Below are positions 38,001-53,000 of a stretch of DNA of 64,000 nt, in pieces. The notes beneath the pieces were generated by a model that had not been told where the DNA came from, did no database searches, and saw only the letters and a list, made by a program, of their open reading frames with translations. The stretch comes from Convolutriloba macropyga (lineage: Eukaryota). The stretch spans positions 18,848,001 through 18,912,000 of the forward strand of contig NC_134481.1 of assembly GCF_964194025.1 (NCBI RefSeq), read 5' to 3'. How positions within the stretch are numbered: position 1 is the first letter of the stretch; every line of letters begins with the position of its first letter. The position numbers were made by a program, and so were the translations under genes.

Positions 38001-41000
38001 GAGTGAATTGGGAAAACCCTTTCTAAAAAAACCAGATGAAAAAAATTAAAAAGAAAAAAAATTGGCGTGAAAATGCCGCATGTGAACAAAAAACAAATAG
38101 CAAGAAATAAAAATTTGGTTCAAACAAAAAACTAGGCCTAGAATGAGCTATTAATGGATTGGGAAAACCATTTAGAAAAAATACTCGATCCAAAAAACTG
38201 AAATGTGTCAAGATCAAAGTGAAATTGCCGCATGTGAAAAAAAACTACTAGCGAGAAAACGAACTTTTGTTCAAACACCGTTTTCCAACTCTACTTGAAA
38301 TTTAGAGCGAAAAAAGTTCACGCCGCAAAACCACTCGCTTTTTCGCTCCATTTCCTGTGCCAGCGTGACCAAAACCACTTACCCATATTGACCTCAAAAA
38401 TACTGAAAATTTGTGGACAGATCTTAAAAAAATACACTGCCCCAATACAATTCAAATTCTTTGAATTGTAAAAAAAGCCAAGAGCACCGCAATATAGCTC
38501 CACTCAGCTTACAATTTTGCAGCTATAATATGAAAAAAAATCAACTAATGTTGGAACTTCTCTCGAACGACAGGCGATGCAATTTAATTGGAGGGCCGTA
38601 GCCTAGATAAGTTTTTCTTTATTGGTGTAGAAGAAATGTACCTCTAGAAGAACCAAGATCTTTACAATAATTACTGCGAACTTCTTTCGAGAGCAACTAA
38701 TTAGGATCAAGGGATCGTTTCCGTTTGTGCCCTTAGGACGTTATGCAACCCACCGTTACAGGGCACGTGTTATTACATAGACAAAGATAATGTAAGAGAA
38801 TGCTATGTGTGTTTAGGGGGTGCAAAAAGTTGCACCCATTGAACGGGGGCACAAATGGAAAAGATCCCATTCAAGTCATTTTGTTAAATGAAAATAAAAT
38901 TGAAGCACCAAAAGTAAAAACGATTATATTAAACTAAACTACTTGAGGTTTAAGCACTACTTGGCATCATGATCCCGATGCTCCTTCTTGATTTATTAAT
39001 TAAGAAATCCAACTTCGCCCTTCTGAGAACTCAATTTCTTCATTTTGGATTGCATGCAACTATTGGATTGAAATGAAGAATTATATCGTAAGAATAAAAC
39101 AATCTTGCTTCTCTTGATCTTTCTTTCCTTCTTCCAATTCAGTTCTGTTAATCTTCAATTCCTTTTGCTTCTCCTAATTCGCTGACATCTGTTCCTACGA
39201 AAACTGTAATGACTTTATCGTTCCATCGTAATTTCTGATTTGCTTAGTGAGGTTGCAGTATACGCACGTGCCCCTCTCCCAGTATGGCATGTTGATCCTC
39301 ACTTAGAACTCCCAGATAGTCCAGTTATCAATCTGTCTTGTCTCCAGAAACAAAACACCTATCGAAAGCAAGATGAAAGCAAATACAAAAGAACAAAATA
39401 ATCGATAAATATCAACATCGCACATATAACATAACCGAATTACGTCGGGCGAATTGCTCTCAAACGACCAGTTGGCTATGTCAGTAACTAGCCACGGTTC
39501 AGTGAGGCTAGCTTTACTTTAATTGAAGGGGCGTGAGGTGAGCGCATCGGGGGGATAGTGCACCGGGGGGGGGGGGGGTGGTGCACCAGGGGGGGGGGGG
39601 GGGGTTGTGGGTGGGGGCTTGGGGTGGGGAGTGGCAACGGTGAGAGGGGGTCCTTTGGCCGCACCGGGCCCTTGCAGCCTGAATGATGCGCAGGGTTCAG
39701 GATTTGTGTGGGGGGAGTGAGGGGGGCTGATGTTGGGGGGGGGGGGGTTGTTGTGGGTGGGTCGACCTCTAATAACCGCCTTACACATCATGAGTATCAG
39801 TCTCCAAAACAGTTTCTGTGAATCGCATACTTCGAGACTAGTGGACTGAAAGACTCTAGGAGAACTTAATGTCTACCGAGTGCTGCCTGTTCATCCCATT
39901 TTTGAGAATAAAAATTCAAATGGGTCAGACGAAAAATTGGTCAAGCAAAAACTCAAAGTAAAAAAGACCTACATGACTAATATAATTGCTACAAACTTCG
40001 TTTAAGAGCAATTAACAATCATAAAAGCCAAACAATATCATAATCAAATTTCTAAACCAAAAAAAATATGAGAAAACAGTTTCGAAAAAGCCGCACCTGA
40101 ACAAAAAATTTCGCTCGTTTACAGAAAGCTCGTTTTTCCACACAATTTTTCGCTCTCTCGAAAAGTAGTTATGAATAAATTTTGCATCTGACAAGCAGAT
40201 CAATTGAACAATAGCAGCCGAAAACGCAAACAGTCATAAAATTGGGGAAACTAGACACACTTAAAAAATAGCAAGAGTTGTAAATTGGGGAAGCTAAAAT
40301 ATTTTTAGCAGAATGAGAGAAGAGCAAAACTAGCCTAAAGTAAAAATGATTTCACGCAGATTAACTAGCTGAAAGGCCCTAAGAGATCTTAATGCCCGCG
40401 CAGCGCTTTCTGTTAATCCTGTTTTTTTCAGGACCAAAAGTCAAATGGGTCAGACAAGAATTCGGTGAAGCAAAAGATCGCATTCAAAAGAACAACAGGA
40501 CTAATGTAATTGCGGAAAATTTTGTTTGAGAGCAATTAATGAAAAATAGCCGGCAGATTGCCGGAAAATACTCGCCGTTGACGCGCTTGATGCACACCGG
40601 GATTGAAACAGAAAAAAAAGAAAAGATGAATTGACCGAAATTTTTTTCAATTTTTTTAGTGTTAAAAAGTGTTCTAATTCGACCTGCAGTTTCAGTTGGA
40701 TTCTAAAACTATACTTAATTCAGCTTCTAAACTGAAAGCTTAATAAAGTTAATACCAATGTCAGCTAGCAAACACTCTAATGAACTTTGATAACTTAATT
40801 GGCAATGACTTAACGACCGGGCTCAATTGGTTTATCCCGTCTCTTTTTATTTCGCTCTTTTGACCTTGACTGTATCTACTATCTTGCGTTTTTCATTGAG
40901 TGAATCGATTTAAAAACCATTCCGTTGAAACAGTGAGTGAGGTAAGTCAGTAGTCAAACGTAAAAGTTGTGACTTTTGTAAAACGAGAAACGTGATCAAA

Positions 41001-44000
41001 AAGGTAAAGCGAATTAAAAAGCATAGTAGGACAGTTCCTGACGTACAATTCAAAGAATTTTCATTGATTAAACAAAAACTAGATCGAGAACGGACAATGA
41101 GTTAAATTGAGAAAATCATTTCTAAAAAATCAGATCGATAAAACAGCCAAGCGTGAAAAAGTCACTTGAGAGCCACGGAGGTTAGAAAACAAAAACTCAA
41201 ATACATCCGACTACCATTGGGTGAAATGCTCTCAAAGGACTGGCAAGCAAACGGCTTTGGTAGTAGCCAGTTGGGGCTTAGGGATGCCAGCATTAATGAG
41301 GGGGATTGGATTGGGGGGGGGGGGGTCAAGCGATGGGTTTAGGGTCGTGAGGGCTGAATGAGATTGGGGTGCAAATAGCAAGGTAGAAAGGATAAACGGG
41401 GTGGTGTTCACAAGGGGAGGGGGTTGCTGATTGCTTTCTTTTCAAGATTAAGAACTCCCCTTCACACAGTGAATTTATCTCCTCGAAACGGTTTTGGTGA
41501 TCGCATACTTGTCAAGTAAATTTTCGCATCAAGACCACACGACTACAATAAATGCATCAAACTTCTGCTGGTCAAAGATGGAATATAATTGCATGGTGTA
41601 AAAAGTCGGCGAAAATTTATGAAATGCAGAGGAATGTACAGTTCAACTTACTGATTGGATCGAGTTGTTGGGTAATGTCTTGCTCTTTAGTGATCCGTAT
41701 AATGTCTGAGTTTGGGGATTTACACTCGCTTGGCTTCTCGTCAAGTGTAATTTGACCGACATCTTTAGTGTTCATTTCGCAAATGCAGTCTTCTACCGAG
41801 AGCTCTTCTCCACAGAAATCTGAATAAATTAACGCTTGCTTTACAACCAACAATTTTGTAAACTGTTCCATTATTTATTTTTTAAAAAAGACCAGGAGAA
41901 TGTTTGCCGAAAATAAAAAGTCGAGATTAATAGAGCTTCAGTTTTAGTCGTATTATTAAAACGGCTGTCAGTTTTTAAACAGATCCGGCAGATTGCCGGA
42001 CAAAAGACTCGACAGACGCTTGTGGCTTTTCATGGAATTGAATCAACCAAAGAAATAAGATAGACAGATTGACTACCAGTCTTTTAATAGACCATTAGAC
42101 TTTTTTGTTAGATTTGGACTGTCCTCTTTATGAGACGCAAACGCTCTATAAGGAAAAACCCTAATAGCGCTTTTTCAACATTATAATTCCAAATCAAAGC
42201 TTAAGACTCAAATACACAAGAGTTAGGGCATATACATTTGGCTCAACTTAGATGCACTCTATTGATCTTTAACTTTTAAATGTATAAACATAGCCGGCAG
42301 ATTGCCGGAATAGCTGCGAAATATTAGACCTGCGTGCCATATAATAGAGATAGAAACAGATACAGATCTAAATTGAAAAAATCGACGCCGCTCAAAAAAC
42401 TAGGTAAAAAAATTTAGCGATAAATTAATAAAGCTTGTTAAAATTCATTCCGCAGAAGCTTCTTATTAAGGACCTTTACTGCACATATGAGTTCCTTTGA
42501 CCTTAAACAAATTCAAATTAAACTTAAGTTTTAAAGTGCAAAAGTCATTTTATTGAGTGAGGTAAGTCACTTGTGATCAAAATCTAATCACGCAAAAAAC
42601 TTTTGCTAAAGAGAGTGAGAAATGACGTCACGCGCGCAAAAGCCGTTAGTGTGAGGAAGAAGTCATTCAGAAAATTTGACTTTTTCAGCTTTGCTGTGTG
42701 AACAAATGTAAAACGAAAAAAGAGCGTCAGACGACGAAACAAAAAAAAACAAGAGCACCGCAATATAGCTACGCTCCGCTTACAGCTTCGCAGCTATAAA
42801 AAAACTAACGGAGTTCAGAACTCATTTTTTGAGTGAGGTAAGTCAATCAACTGTCCGATAAGCACAACATATTACGTCATGCACACAAACTTTAACTGAA
42901 AAACAGCAGCAGTCTCTGAAATTTAAAAACTCAATGGTCGAAAGAATCATCGATGGAGACGACGAATTAAATAAAAACCATGATGTCCCCAATAATAACC
43001 GCTATTGCGTCGCTGCTATTGAAAAGCCAAGAGCACCGCAATTTAGCTCCGCTCAGTTTACAGCTTTTCAGCTATAGAACAATTTCTCATCAGACTTATA
43101 TCAAAATAGAGTCCTATTTTTAGTAGATACAGATACTCCGTGATATCATTTTAAATCGCTTTTTTACTAACCAGGAGAACCTAAAACCAGCACAGCAGTT
43201 CATCATAAAAACTCTCTTTTTCCCTCCGGCGAAATATGGCCTTAACTTGTGGAGGGGCAGAATAGGGTCTCTTCTGCCCCCCCCCCCCCCAGAAACTTAA
43301 CGGGAAAAAACTTTTACGCGCCAGGCGCAGGTGCTATTTTTTACATGGTAACGTGCTATATAACAACACATTAATTGTAATGGGGGACATTAAAACACTG
43401 TGGGGAGGCGGAATAGACCTCAACTTATCACTTCGCGGCCTTTAACAACTACAAAAATAAGATAGACAGATTGACCACCGGTCCTTGAAAAGACCACGAG
43501 TTTTTGGGTTAGATTCGGACTGTCATTTTCATGAGACACATACGCTCTGAAATAGAGCTTTTTTAAAATTAATATTTGAAATCAAAAACTCAAGACTCTA
43601 ATACTCAAGAAATAGGAAATATACATTTGGCACTACTTAGATGCACACCATTAATCTTTAGCTAGTAAAATTTCATAAAAGTAAGATTCAATAAGTGAGT
43701 TCAGAAAACATTTTTTTGAGTTTGGCAATTGACGCAACTGACCTAAAAGCAGAACAAATAACGTCACGCACACCAATTTTGACTGCAAAGCAGTAGACTT
43801 CACTGAAATTGAAGAAAAAATCATTGGTCGCAAGAATCAACGATGGAGACGACGAATTAAAAAAACACGATGTCCCCACTAATAGCCCCTATTGCTCCGC
43901 GGCTATCAAAAAATAACCAAGTTGTAAACGATATACTCATTTGAATTACGCAAATTAGATCGCTTTTTTTGACACCCCATTTGAACTGATTCAATCGTTT

Positions 44001-47000
44001 CTGTCCATTGATGACTGAATATACAATTAATCTGTTTTTAAGTACACTCAATTTGGTCCGATAACCAAACTCATCTCGCGCGAGATAGTATTCCAAGATC
44101 TATTACATACCGGACATTGGAATTTTCAGCATAAACACCAGCTGTCTGAAAGTGACTCCGAATTACAACTATATCGCAACATGAGTTCCGTTAAAAGTCT
44201 CCACTATTACGTTTGCTTAAGAAATGATTTCCGGTCCTGATAAAGAGATCTATGCCTTCAAAATGTTGTTAAGCAGAAATAACTTGATTAGTTTATGTTT
44301 AAGAGTAAACAGAGCAGGCAAATTGCCGAAAAAACCGTCGGTGACCCGATTGACGCACATTCGGATTAAAACAGAAAAAAGCAAAAAATTAAGAGAAAGA
44401 AATTGAAACGAATTTTCAAGTGTTTTGGTTTGTAAATTCTGCATATGCAACTAGGTTCCAATTTTACACTAAATTCAGGTTATAAACTGAAGTCTTTTAA
44501 GCATCATACTAACGACAGCTAGCAATCGCTTTCATGATCTTTCGTAACTTAATGCACTACGCCTTAATGACCGGGCTTTATCGGTTTATGCCGTTCTTCT
44601 GATTTGTTTTACTTTTGATTTTACTCACTACATTACGTAATTCAAAACGTGAAGGAATTTTAAAACGTGTGACTAAAACTTCATCACGAGAACGAACAAA
44701 ACAACTCTCTCCACTAGGAGTGGAAAATGACGTCAAGCACGCAACTCAGTTAAAATTGCATGAACGAATAAAAAGCAGATTTGAATTGCCTGTGACATCA
44801 TATGATTGCAGCAAAAATCTTGACAAAACTGTAGCAGGACAACTCTTGACGTAAAATTTATAAAATTTTCATTGAATAACAAAAAACTAAAACGAACCAT
44901 GAGTGAATTGGGAAAACCATTTCCAAAACAAATCACACCAAAAAAACGAACAAAAAACCACTAGCGAGAAAGCCCATTTTCATTCACACACCATTTTTTC
45001 ACTCTACGGTAAAATTGACGTGAAAAATTTTCACGCCGCAAAACCAATCGGTTTTTGCTCCACTTCTTATTTCGGCATGACCAAAATCACTCCTCCAATT
45101 TAACTTCAAAAATAATGAAAATGAGTGAACAGATCTAATTAAAAAAAGACAGCTCCCCAATACAATTCAAATTCTTTGAATTGTAAAAAAAACCACGATA
45201 TCCTCAATAATAGCCGCTATCACTTCGCGGCTATTAAAACCATAAATTTGGAAGAATCCATAATTTGATAGACGAATGAGAACAAAATGAAGTAAAAAGT
45301 AGAGCTATAAAATAACAGATATTTCAGAGCTCAAAATAATTTGATTTATCATACCGACAGAAGGGTGTCCGATCAGTACATGTAGGCTCGCAAGTTGCAC
45401 AGTCCGAGAACATCATCCCATTTGTAAAATTCCCAGGGCACTGTGACCTCGGAATGCAGTACACTCGATACTCTGCCTAACCCTCTTTATAAGGTGAGAG
45501 TTGTGACGATGAGACGTATCCCTGGTTGCATACACATTGACCCACTCTGCAAGTGGAGTTTGACAGACAGAGGATGGAACCGTCACATCTCTTCACACAG
45601 TTCTCGTCATACAACCTGCAAAGAATAAATTTATTATTCGAGGAATTAAGGAAACGGAAAATAGGACACTCAGTTTGTTGCCAACATATTCAAAAGTTCT
45701 ATTAGGAGGTCCGCGATAAATTTCGGTGAACCCCCGATTTTTCTGTTGTGCATTCTACTTTCTGTTGCCTACTTTCTCTTTGAGGTATAAAAATGGAAAA
45801 GTTTGCAAAGCATGGAAACAGCAAGTAAAGTCAGGTAAACTATACTGGCCGCTTCCACGCTTTTAAATCTCAACTAGCATTTTCTATGTATTTCTCTGTA
45901 AATTCAGTTTCGCAGGTCGAAGTAATAATTTTATTTTTTTGTTCCTCATCAATTTGCATAGTGAATGATCTAAATGACTACCATTAAAAGTGATTAGGGG
46001 TCACCTGAAACTTTGATTGGGTTCAGTGCACTCGGCAGACAGATTACATATCTAAACTCAAAGCTTGTATATGACCAGCTCTCACTTGAATTGGGGTCAG
46101 TATCACTGATTGTGATTTTGAAGTACAGATCCGGTGGGTTGCCCACCAAGACACCCTCAATGGGGAAGCTGGATCTGTGATAACATACAACGAAGAATCT
46201 TCCTGGCAGAATCCGACATTCCATCAACTCATCGTTTTCAAAGTGTAGAAACGTATCTCCATCCACAAGTCAACTTTTATCACCTGATGAAACAATTCTC
46301 TGCGTTCAAATTTGTCCTTTTTCGCTAAAACAATGTTTGGGCTTCAGAGAACTTCGATTATCAAGAGAACTAATATGATTTTTCCGTAATCTGAGAATTC
46401 TTTCAGAACAGTCCAAAAAAGATGAACAATTAGGCACTAGGAACAATTAGTTGCTTCAGCTCAGCGCATGTTTCCTGGACAGAAAGATTTTAACACAGCA
46501 ACCGAATTGCCGGAAGATTGCCGGAAAACAAACAAAGCTTGCAAGAAAACAACAGCTAGCCGCAACAGCTTTGTAGATCTGCAGTCTCAAAAAACAGCAA
46601 AAATACAGGCCGAGATATTGATTCTTTTCATTGACGGCTGAGTTGTTTCATTTTGCTTAAGAATCTGTATAAGTTATTGTGGCCTCTATTAGCTGCTCTC
46701 AGATAACCTTCGTTTCGAGTGACACAAATTCAGTTGACTTTATCTCTTTAAATTAAAGTAACTAAAAGTTAAATTCAGAGTAAGGAAGTCATTATGGAAG
46801 TGAGGTAAGTCACGTGTGACCAAAAATTTAATATGACCAATGAACAAGAACTCGCTCTATTATGAGCGACAAATGTTGTCAGTCACTCACTCCAGCTTTA
46901 TTTGCATGAACTAATGAACAAAGAGCCGATTTGAAGTGGTTGTGACGTCATAGGCTAGTGAGAGAAGTCTTGAAGACGAAAATATGTTAAACAATCATTA

Positions 47001-50000
47001 ATGAGATTAAATCAAAGGACAGCAATAAGTTAAAGAAATTGAAATCATCACAAATTCGCTAATAATTTTAAAAAAACGGGCAGCGCATAAGTCACCGAAA
47101 GCAATAGCTGTGAATTGAAGAGATTGTAAACAAAAAAAAGCCTTAATAGAAACCAATGAAAACCGTCAATAATAACACTACGTCATAAAATATTAACTTT
47201 AACAACAAAAATTTGCAAACCTCAAAAGTTCTATAAAATTCTTGAACAAAATTGATGTTAAGTTCATAGAAGGCCTCAGCTTTGAATCGAAACGATTTCA
47301 TCAACTGAAATAAACCCTATTAGCGACCTATGAGGCCTGCTATTAATGAGAATCAACAATAGGATATCAGAAATTACAAAACCACAAAAAATCAAAAACT
47401 AACTCGTAGTTTTTGACTAGAAGTGGAGTCATAGACCTGAAAACTAGTAAGCTTTTTACTCGGATCATTAATTAGGTCCGTTTGCGCCTGATTATCAACT
47501 ACTGATTAATTACATCTGTCATTGACAATACTAAGTCATAAGACAACAGAAATCATTTTTGAAAATGGGCGAAATCAAATATTCGGATCTTTTCCGTTAG
47601 TGCCCCCCCCCAATACGTTATGCTCCCCCTAGTTACAGAGCACGTGCCATTACATAGTAAATCATTTTGTTAAAATATGGCACGTGCGTTTGGGGGTTGC
47701 AAATAATATGCACCCACTAAGCTGGGGGGGCACAAACGGAAAAGACCCAAATATTCTTTAATGTTTTTTGACATAAGTGTTCGGGTCATACAATGTTTTC
47801 GTGACCTAAAATTTAATCTGACCACTGAACAAAAAAACTCGCTCTATTATGAGCGAAAAATGTCGTCAATCACTCATTTCAGTTGAAATTGCATGAACGA
47901 AAAAAAAAGAGCCGATTTGAAGTCTTGTGATGTCATAGGCTAGTAACAGAAGTCTTGACGACGAAAATACATTAACCTATCATTAATGAGGTTAAATGAT
48001 AAGACAGCAATAAATTTAACAAAATTGCAATCATCACAAATTCGCTAATAGTTTTAAAAAACGGGCAGTGTATAAGTCAAAGAAAGCAATAGCTGTGAAA
48101 TGAAAAGATTGTAAAAAGAAAAGCTTCAATAGAAACTAATGAAAATGGTGAATAATGAAACCACGGCATAAGATATTAACGTTAACAACAAAAATTTGCA
48201 AACCTTAAAAAATTGTGATAACCTATTGCACTAAGACCTATTGAGGGGGCATTTTCGATAGGCTTTTCTCATTTCGCCATTTAGAGGTTGACCGTATTCA
48301 CAAGAGCACTAATTTAATTGCCTCCAAATTCTTTTAGAGCAATTGCATATAGGTACAATTGAAAGCACCCCAAAGTTACCTCACAACGTCTAAAGTAAAT
48401 GTGAGATTTTTGAAATTAAAAACTTTGTCAAAATGATTTCTTTCCATTACGCATTCTAAAACTATAATCATTCAACTTTCAGTTTCGTGAGACCATGTAA
48501 GCAAAAATGATGCTTGCTTTTGCTCTGATATTGGTCAGCATACCTAAGAGAGAGGTGAAATTAGCCTTTGAAACCTTAATATACCGTTAAAATTCTATAA
48601 AAGTATCCACTTTAGAGTCAAATTCTATGGTGGACCACAGGGGGGGGGGGGGCTGAAAATGAACGACACAAATTACCTTCTGATTTGGGAATAGCAGTCC
48701 ATCGCATCTCGAAGCTGTCGAATGTCGTGTACATGTATCTCATCTTTGCTGCTCGAGTAGTGACAGTCGTGCTTCTTCGGACCACTGCAGCAAGCATCAC
48801 GTCAACTAAATTCTTTATCATCCGCATCTGCAGAGAGGTCCCAGTTATCTTAAATGCAAAAATACAAGTATTACAACCTGGGTAGTCGACAGGACCCGTT
48901 TCAGCGCGGCATTTCCCTGTTATTCATTCCTATTGCAGTGGGGCAGAAGCCAAGCACATGAATAATGGTCGTAAGAAAATTTGCACAGAATAAACAAACA
49001 GGACTGAAATAATGGTTATGACTTTTAGTCAGATCAACTAATTACACTCGAGCTGGGTTCCAAAACTTCGTAGTTTACAAATCTTTCCTATTTACACCAA
49101 TATACCATAGATATGCAATCCACGTATGGTGGCCATACATGAACCGCAAGCAAACACAATTACCTCGTTTTCCAGCAAAACGTCAAAGTTGTGGGCACAG
49201 GTCCGCCCAGCATGAAAATCAAACTTCATATCAAGTACCGCGAGATATCCCACTGCCGCAGCTCAAGAGAAAACTGACCGGAATAAGCATTTAGGATGTT
49301 TGCGTTCATTTACGGAATCAGAGGTCGGCAACTGTTCAACTGCGAAAATCTCAAGGGTCTTCTCGGCACCTCAAAGTTCTCAAAGTCATCTCGCCACAAG
49401 ATGAAGGGAATTAGACCGGAAACGATCTGGTCAATCGTAAGATCTTTTTGAAAAACTTCAGAATAATGCAAAGAAAACGGCTGTCGAATGTCCTGTACTC
49501 ATGACAGGCGAACGTTCCTTGATATAACATTATTCGACTCATGTTTTCATTTCATCAAGTTACCTATCTAAGTTATCCAAGTTATCTATTATGGTTCACT
49601 AAGTAGTATGCAAGCCAATTTTATACGGAAAAAAGGGTCAATTAAGAGAAAGCACCTCCCCTAAAAGGGTAGTCGGTCAACTCGGGGGCAGCAAGTCAAC
49701 TCCTATGTGTATTTATAAATTCTGACAGTAGTCAAAAATTGAAGCATCAGATGCAAAGGATAAAGAAAATAAAGCATCAGAATTATGAACAAGATAGATA
49801 TGGTAAGTAGCAATTAAAGTATATTATGTAGAGACTTTGAATCAAGATCAGAAAAAATATCAAGCATTTAGCATAACAATGGTTCCTATTGACGCTTCTA
49901 CTGCAGGGCGCCTGCGCATGGAGCGCGCGCCACGTAGGCAGAGTATGGAGCTACATAGAAGAGCGAAACTTAATTTTGTCCTTATGTACGTGATCACGTC

Positions 50001-53000
50001 CGAATATGAATCTTCTTTCTTATCGCTGATCCTAGAAGCCAATCTCTGTAAGGCTTTTGATGCTGACGGACCAGCTCCTCTTGTACACGAGAAGATCAAC
50101 GGCCAGAAGATGGCTTCCTCGACGTCGATTATCCTTTGTTCGTATTTCAGCTTCTTGATGAACTCGTGATATTTATAGGAATCCGGTATGCTTCTTGGGC
50201 AACTCTTCGCATACGGATTAATCACTTTCACATCAAAGAACGTTCTGCTGAAGTGTAAATCGAAGAAACCATTAGCTTTGATATCTATTCAAGCGTCGTC
50301 ATCAATAGTAGTAGTTCTATTTGCGAAGGTTTCCCCCTTGCAAAGACTGAAGACAGGGCTCTACTTCGACATCATCGCAGACCTCATTGAGCTGGTTGGC
50401 AAAAGAGTCACGGATGTCATTGTGTCCTATGTGCGTACAGCCACCTTTTGGACAATGAAGAGCATGCGCTACATTAAAATTTTCTCCACATGCGCATCTT
50501 GATGGCAATTTTACGGGATTCCATCCATGTCTAAGAGCAATTCCATCTCTAAACTCTATATATACTTATATATGTATAATTTGAGGGACAAAGCTTTCTG
50601 ATGTTTTTTAGAGCCAGATTTCTATTCAGCTATTAAACGCGTTCCTGGCATCAATCATGGGATACTTTCAGTACGATCTTCAAAGAAGCTCTGCCGGAGT
50701 GCATGGATAGCATGTTCGATGCCACTCTTTTGTCCAAGGCACATCTGTACAATTCCCCCAAGTAATTGGAGATCGCGTTTAACGCACTTTACTATACTCC
50801 TGCCTATAATTCGTCTTTAGTCCTCGACAATGCCAATTGGTCGAACCCCAGGGCATTTATCTAGTGCAATCAGACGGCAAGCGTTATAGGAATTCAAGAA
50901 ATTTAATTCTTCGGTGGCAATTCTGATTGCAAGTTTGGACAATGTTTTGCAAAGATCGATTGAGGAGGATTTGTATGATGTCAAACGTCGTCTCCATTCG
51001 CCAGCATTTTTTCAGAGCCATTTATTTTTTCAAAAATAGAGGGATGGAACGGCAAATCCCGATTTTTCAGGTCAGTTGCTACGTACTTAAGATCAGCTTT
51101 CTGATAAACAGTTTTCACTTCAGTGTAATTTTCCAAAGCGTATTCGCCCAATTCGTGCCCAATTCCCGACATCTGGTAACCACCAAAAGGCGCTCGGATA
51201 TCTAACACGTTGCAGCAGTTGACATAAATCGTACCCGCCCGAGAGCTGGATCGCCCTCGTGTGGTCGTTGGTCGGAACTCCCGCTCCGAAACCATAAATT
51301 GAGTTGTTAGCCCGATCAATAACTTCGTCCAATGATTTGAATTTGAAAATTGACATCACGGGGCCGAAGATCTCTTCCTTAGAAATTCTCATATCATCTT
51401 TGACGTCAGAGAACACGGTAGGTTCCACGAAATAGCCCTTGTCGCCGAAACACTTTCCCCCAGTTTGCAAAGTTGCGCCCTCCTTCTTGCCCGATTCGAT
51501 AAGTTCTAGAATCTTCTCGAACTGGTCATTGTCAACTTGGGTCCCTGGTCTGTAGTTTTTTCCATAGGGTCTCCAAGTTTGACTCCCATCGCTTTCTTTT
51601 TCGCTTTTTCCACAAACTGTTCATAGATGTCTGCTTCGACGTAGATCCTTGACCCTACAATGCAACATTGCCCGTGGCTTAAAAACAGGCCCAGATGGCA
51701 GACATCCACAGCTTTGTCAAGGTTGACGTCTTTTAGGACAATGATGGGAGATTTTCCTCTGCACTCCAGGGTTACTCGATTGAGGTTTCCACAAGCGTAC
51801 CCTTGGATAAGTTTGCCAACTTGGGTTGACCCTGTGAAGGCAACTTTGTCGCATTTTGGGTGCTTGGCAAGAGGTGCCCCGCGTTCGGGTCCAATTCCGG
51901 TCAGGACGTTGAAAACACCTTTGAGGAATCCAGCCTCCTTGATTAGACTCGCCAAAAAGAGAGCAGAGAGGGGTGTCTGTTCTGCCAGCTTCAGAATGAC
52001 TGTGTTTCCCATCGACAATGCAGGACCCAGTTTCCAACACGCCATCAGAAGTGGGAAATTCCAGGGGATGATCTGAGCACAGACCCCAACTGGTTCATGT
52101 CTGGTGTATGTCAGGAACTTGCCATCAACCGGGAGGATTTTTCCCTGGTTTTTGTCCGCCCACCCGGCGTAGTACCGGATGCACTTAATACACAAAGCGA
52201 TGTCCGCTACGCATGCAATGTGGTACGGTTTCCCGTTATCCATCGATTCCAAAGTTGCCAGTTCACAGTGGTATTTTACTGAAGTATGATTCGACTTCTT
52301 GTCTAGTGCAGTTTTACCAACATTGAGTTGACTGCTGACCTTACCTCGACATCGACTCCGAGCGCAACAAGCACTTTGTAAACTACGCACAATACTGCTC
52401 TTTTTGATAACGATATTAGAAATTCAACTCGGTTTCCTACAGCCATCGTTTCAGTCCATTATTAATTACAAAAGACAGATAACTGTAGTTTAGCATACCA
52501 TCGGTGTCATACATATGTTTGAACAAATGTAATGTCTCACCATTAATTTTGCGACATATATCAGTAAGATAAGCCATGACAAACATCGCCGCCATAAAGA
52601 AGTCTATAATCGTGATTCCAATCATAAATGGTTTGTCAAACACCCAGTCTTTCCGAAACTTCATCATTTTTTGACCACGTTGTCTTGCATTGTGGAACGT
52701 TGACTAAAACAGCACAAAATAACAGTTTGTATTCTATTCAAACAATTGTTTTTAATTCAGTTTCAAGTTGTCACAGTTGAATTGAAACCGCAAAAATTAC
52801 CTCATAAATTAAGTTCCGACACTCCATTTAGAACAGTTCGATGGTTGCAAAATCTTGAAATTCCGTGACATTCGGCACAAAGAATCTAAAAAGGGCAACT
52901 GACTGAAGCATTTGTCAGCAGTGGAGAGTCAGGCAATTAGTACATCGAATTTGGAATGCCGAAAACTAATCAGCACGGGGATCGACTGTTCGTCGTATGT

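Noticed and set aside
39519-39791. Proline-rich ORFs here and at 53170-53427
   Set aside because: Translations of G/C homopolymer tracts inside interspersed repeats.
41617-44096. Short ORFs 41617-41871 and 43857-44096
   Set aside because: No recognisable motifs; embedded among interspersed repeats.
52437-52690. Possible Maverick/adintovirus PolB fragment ([12 protein letters not shown])
   Set aside because: One short motif-like match only; cannot be supported without a profile search.
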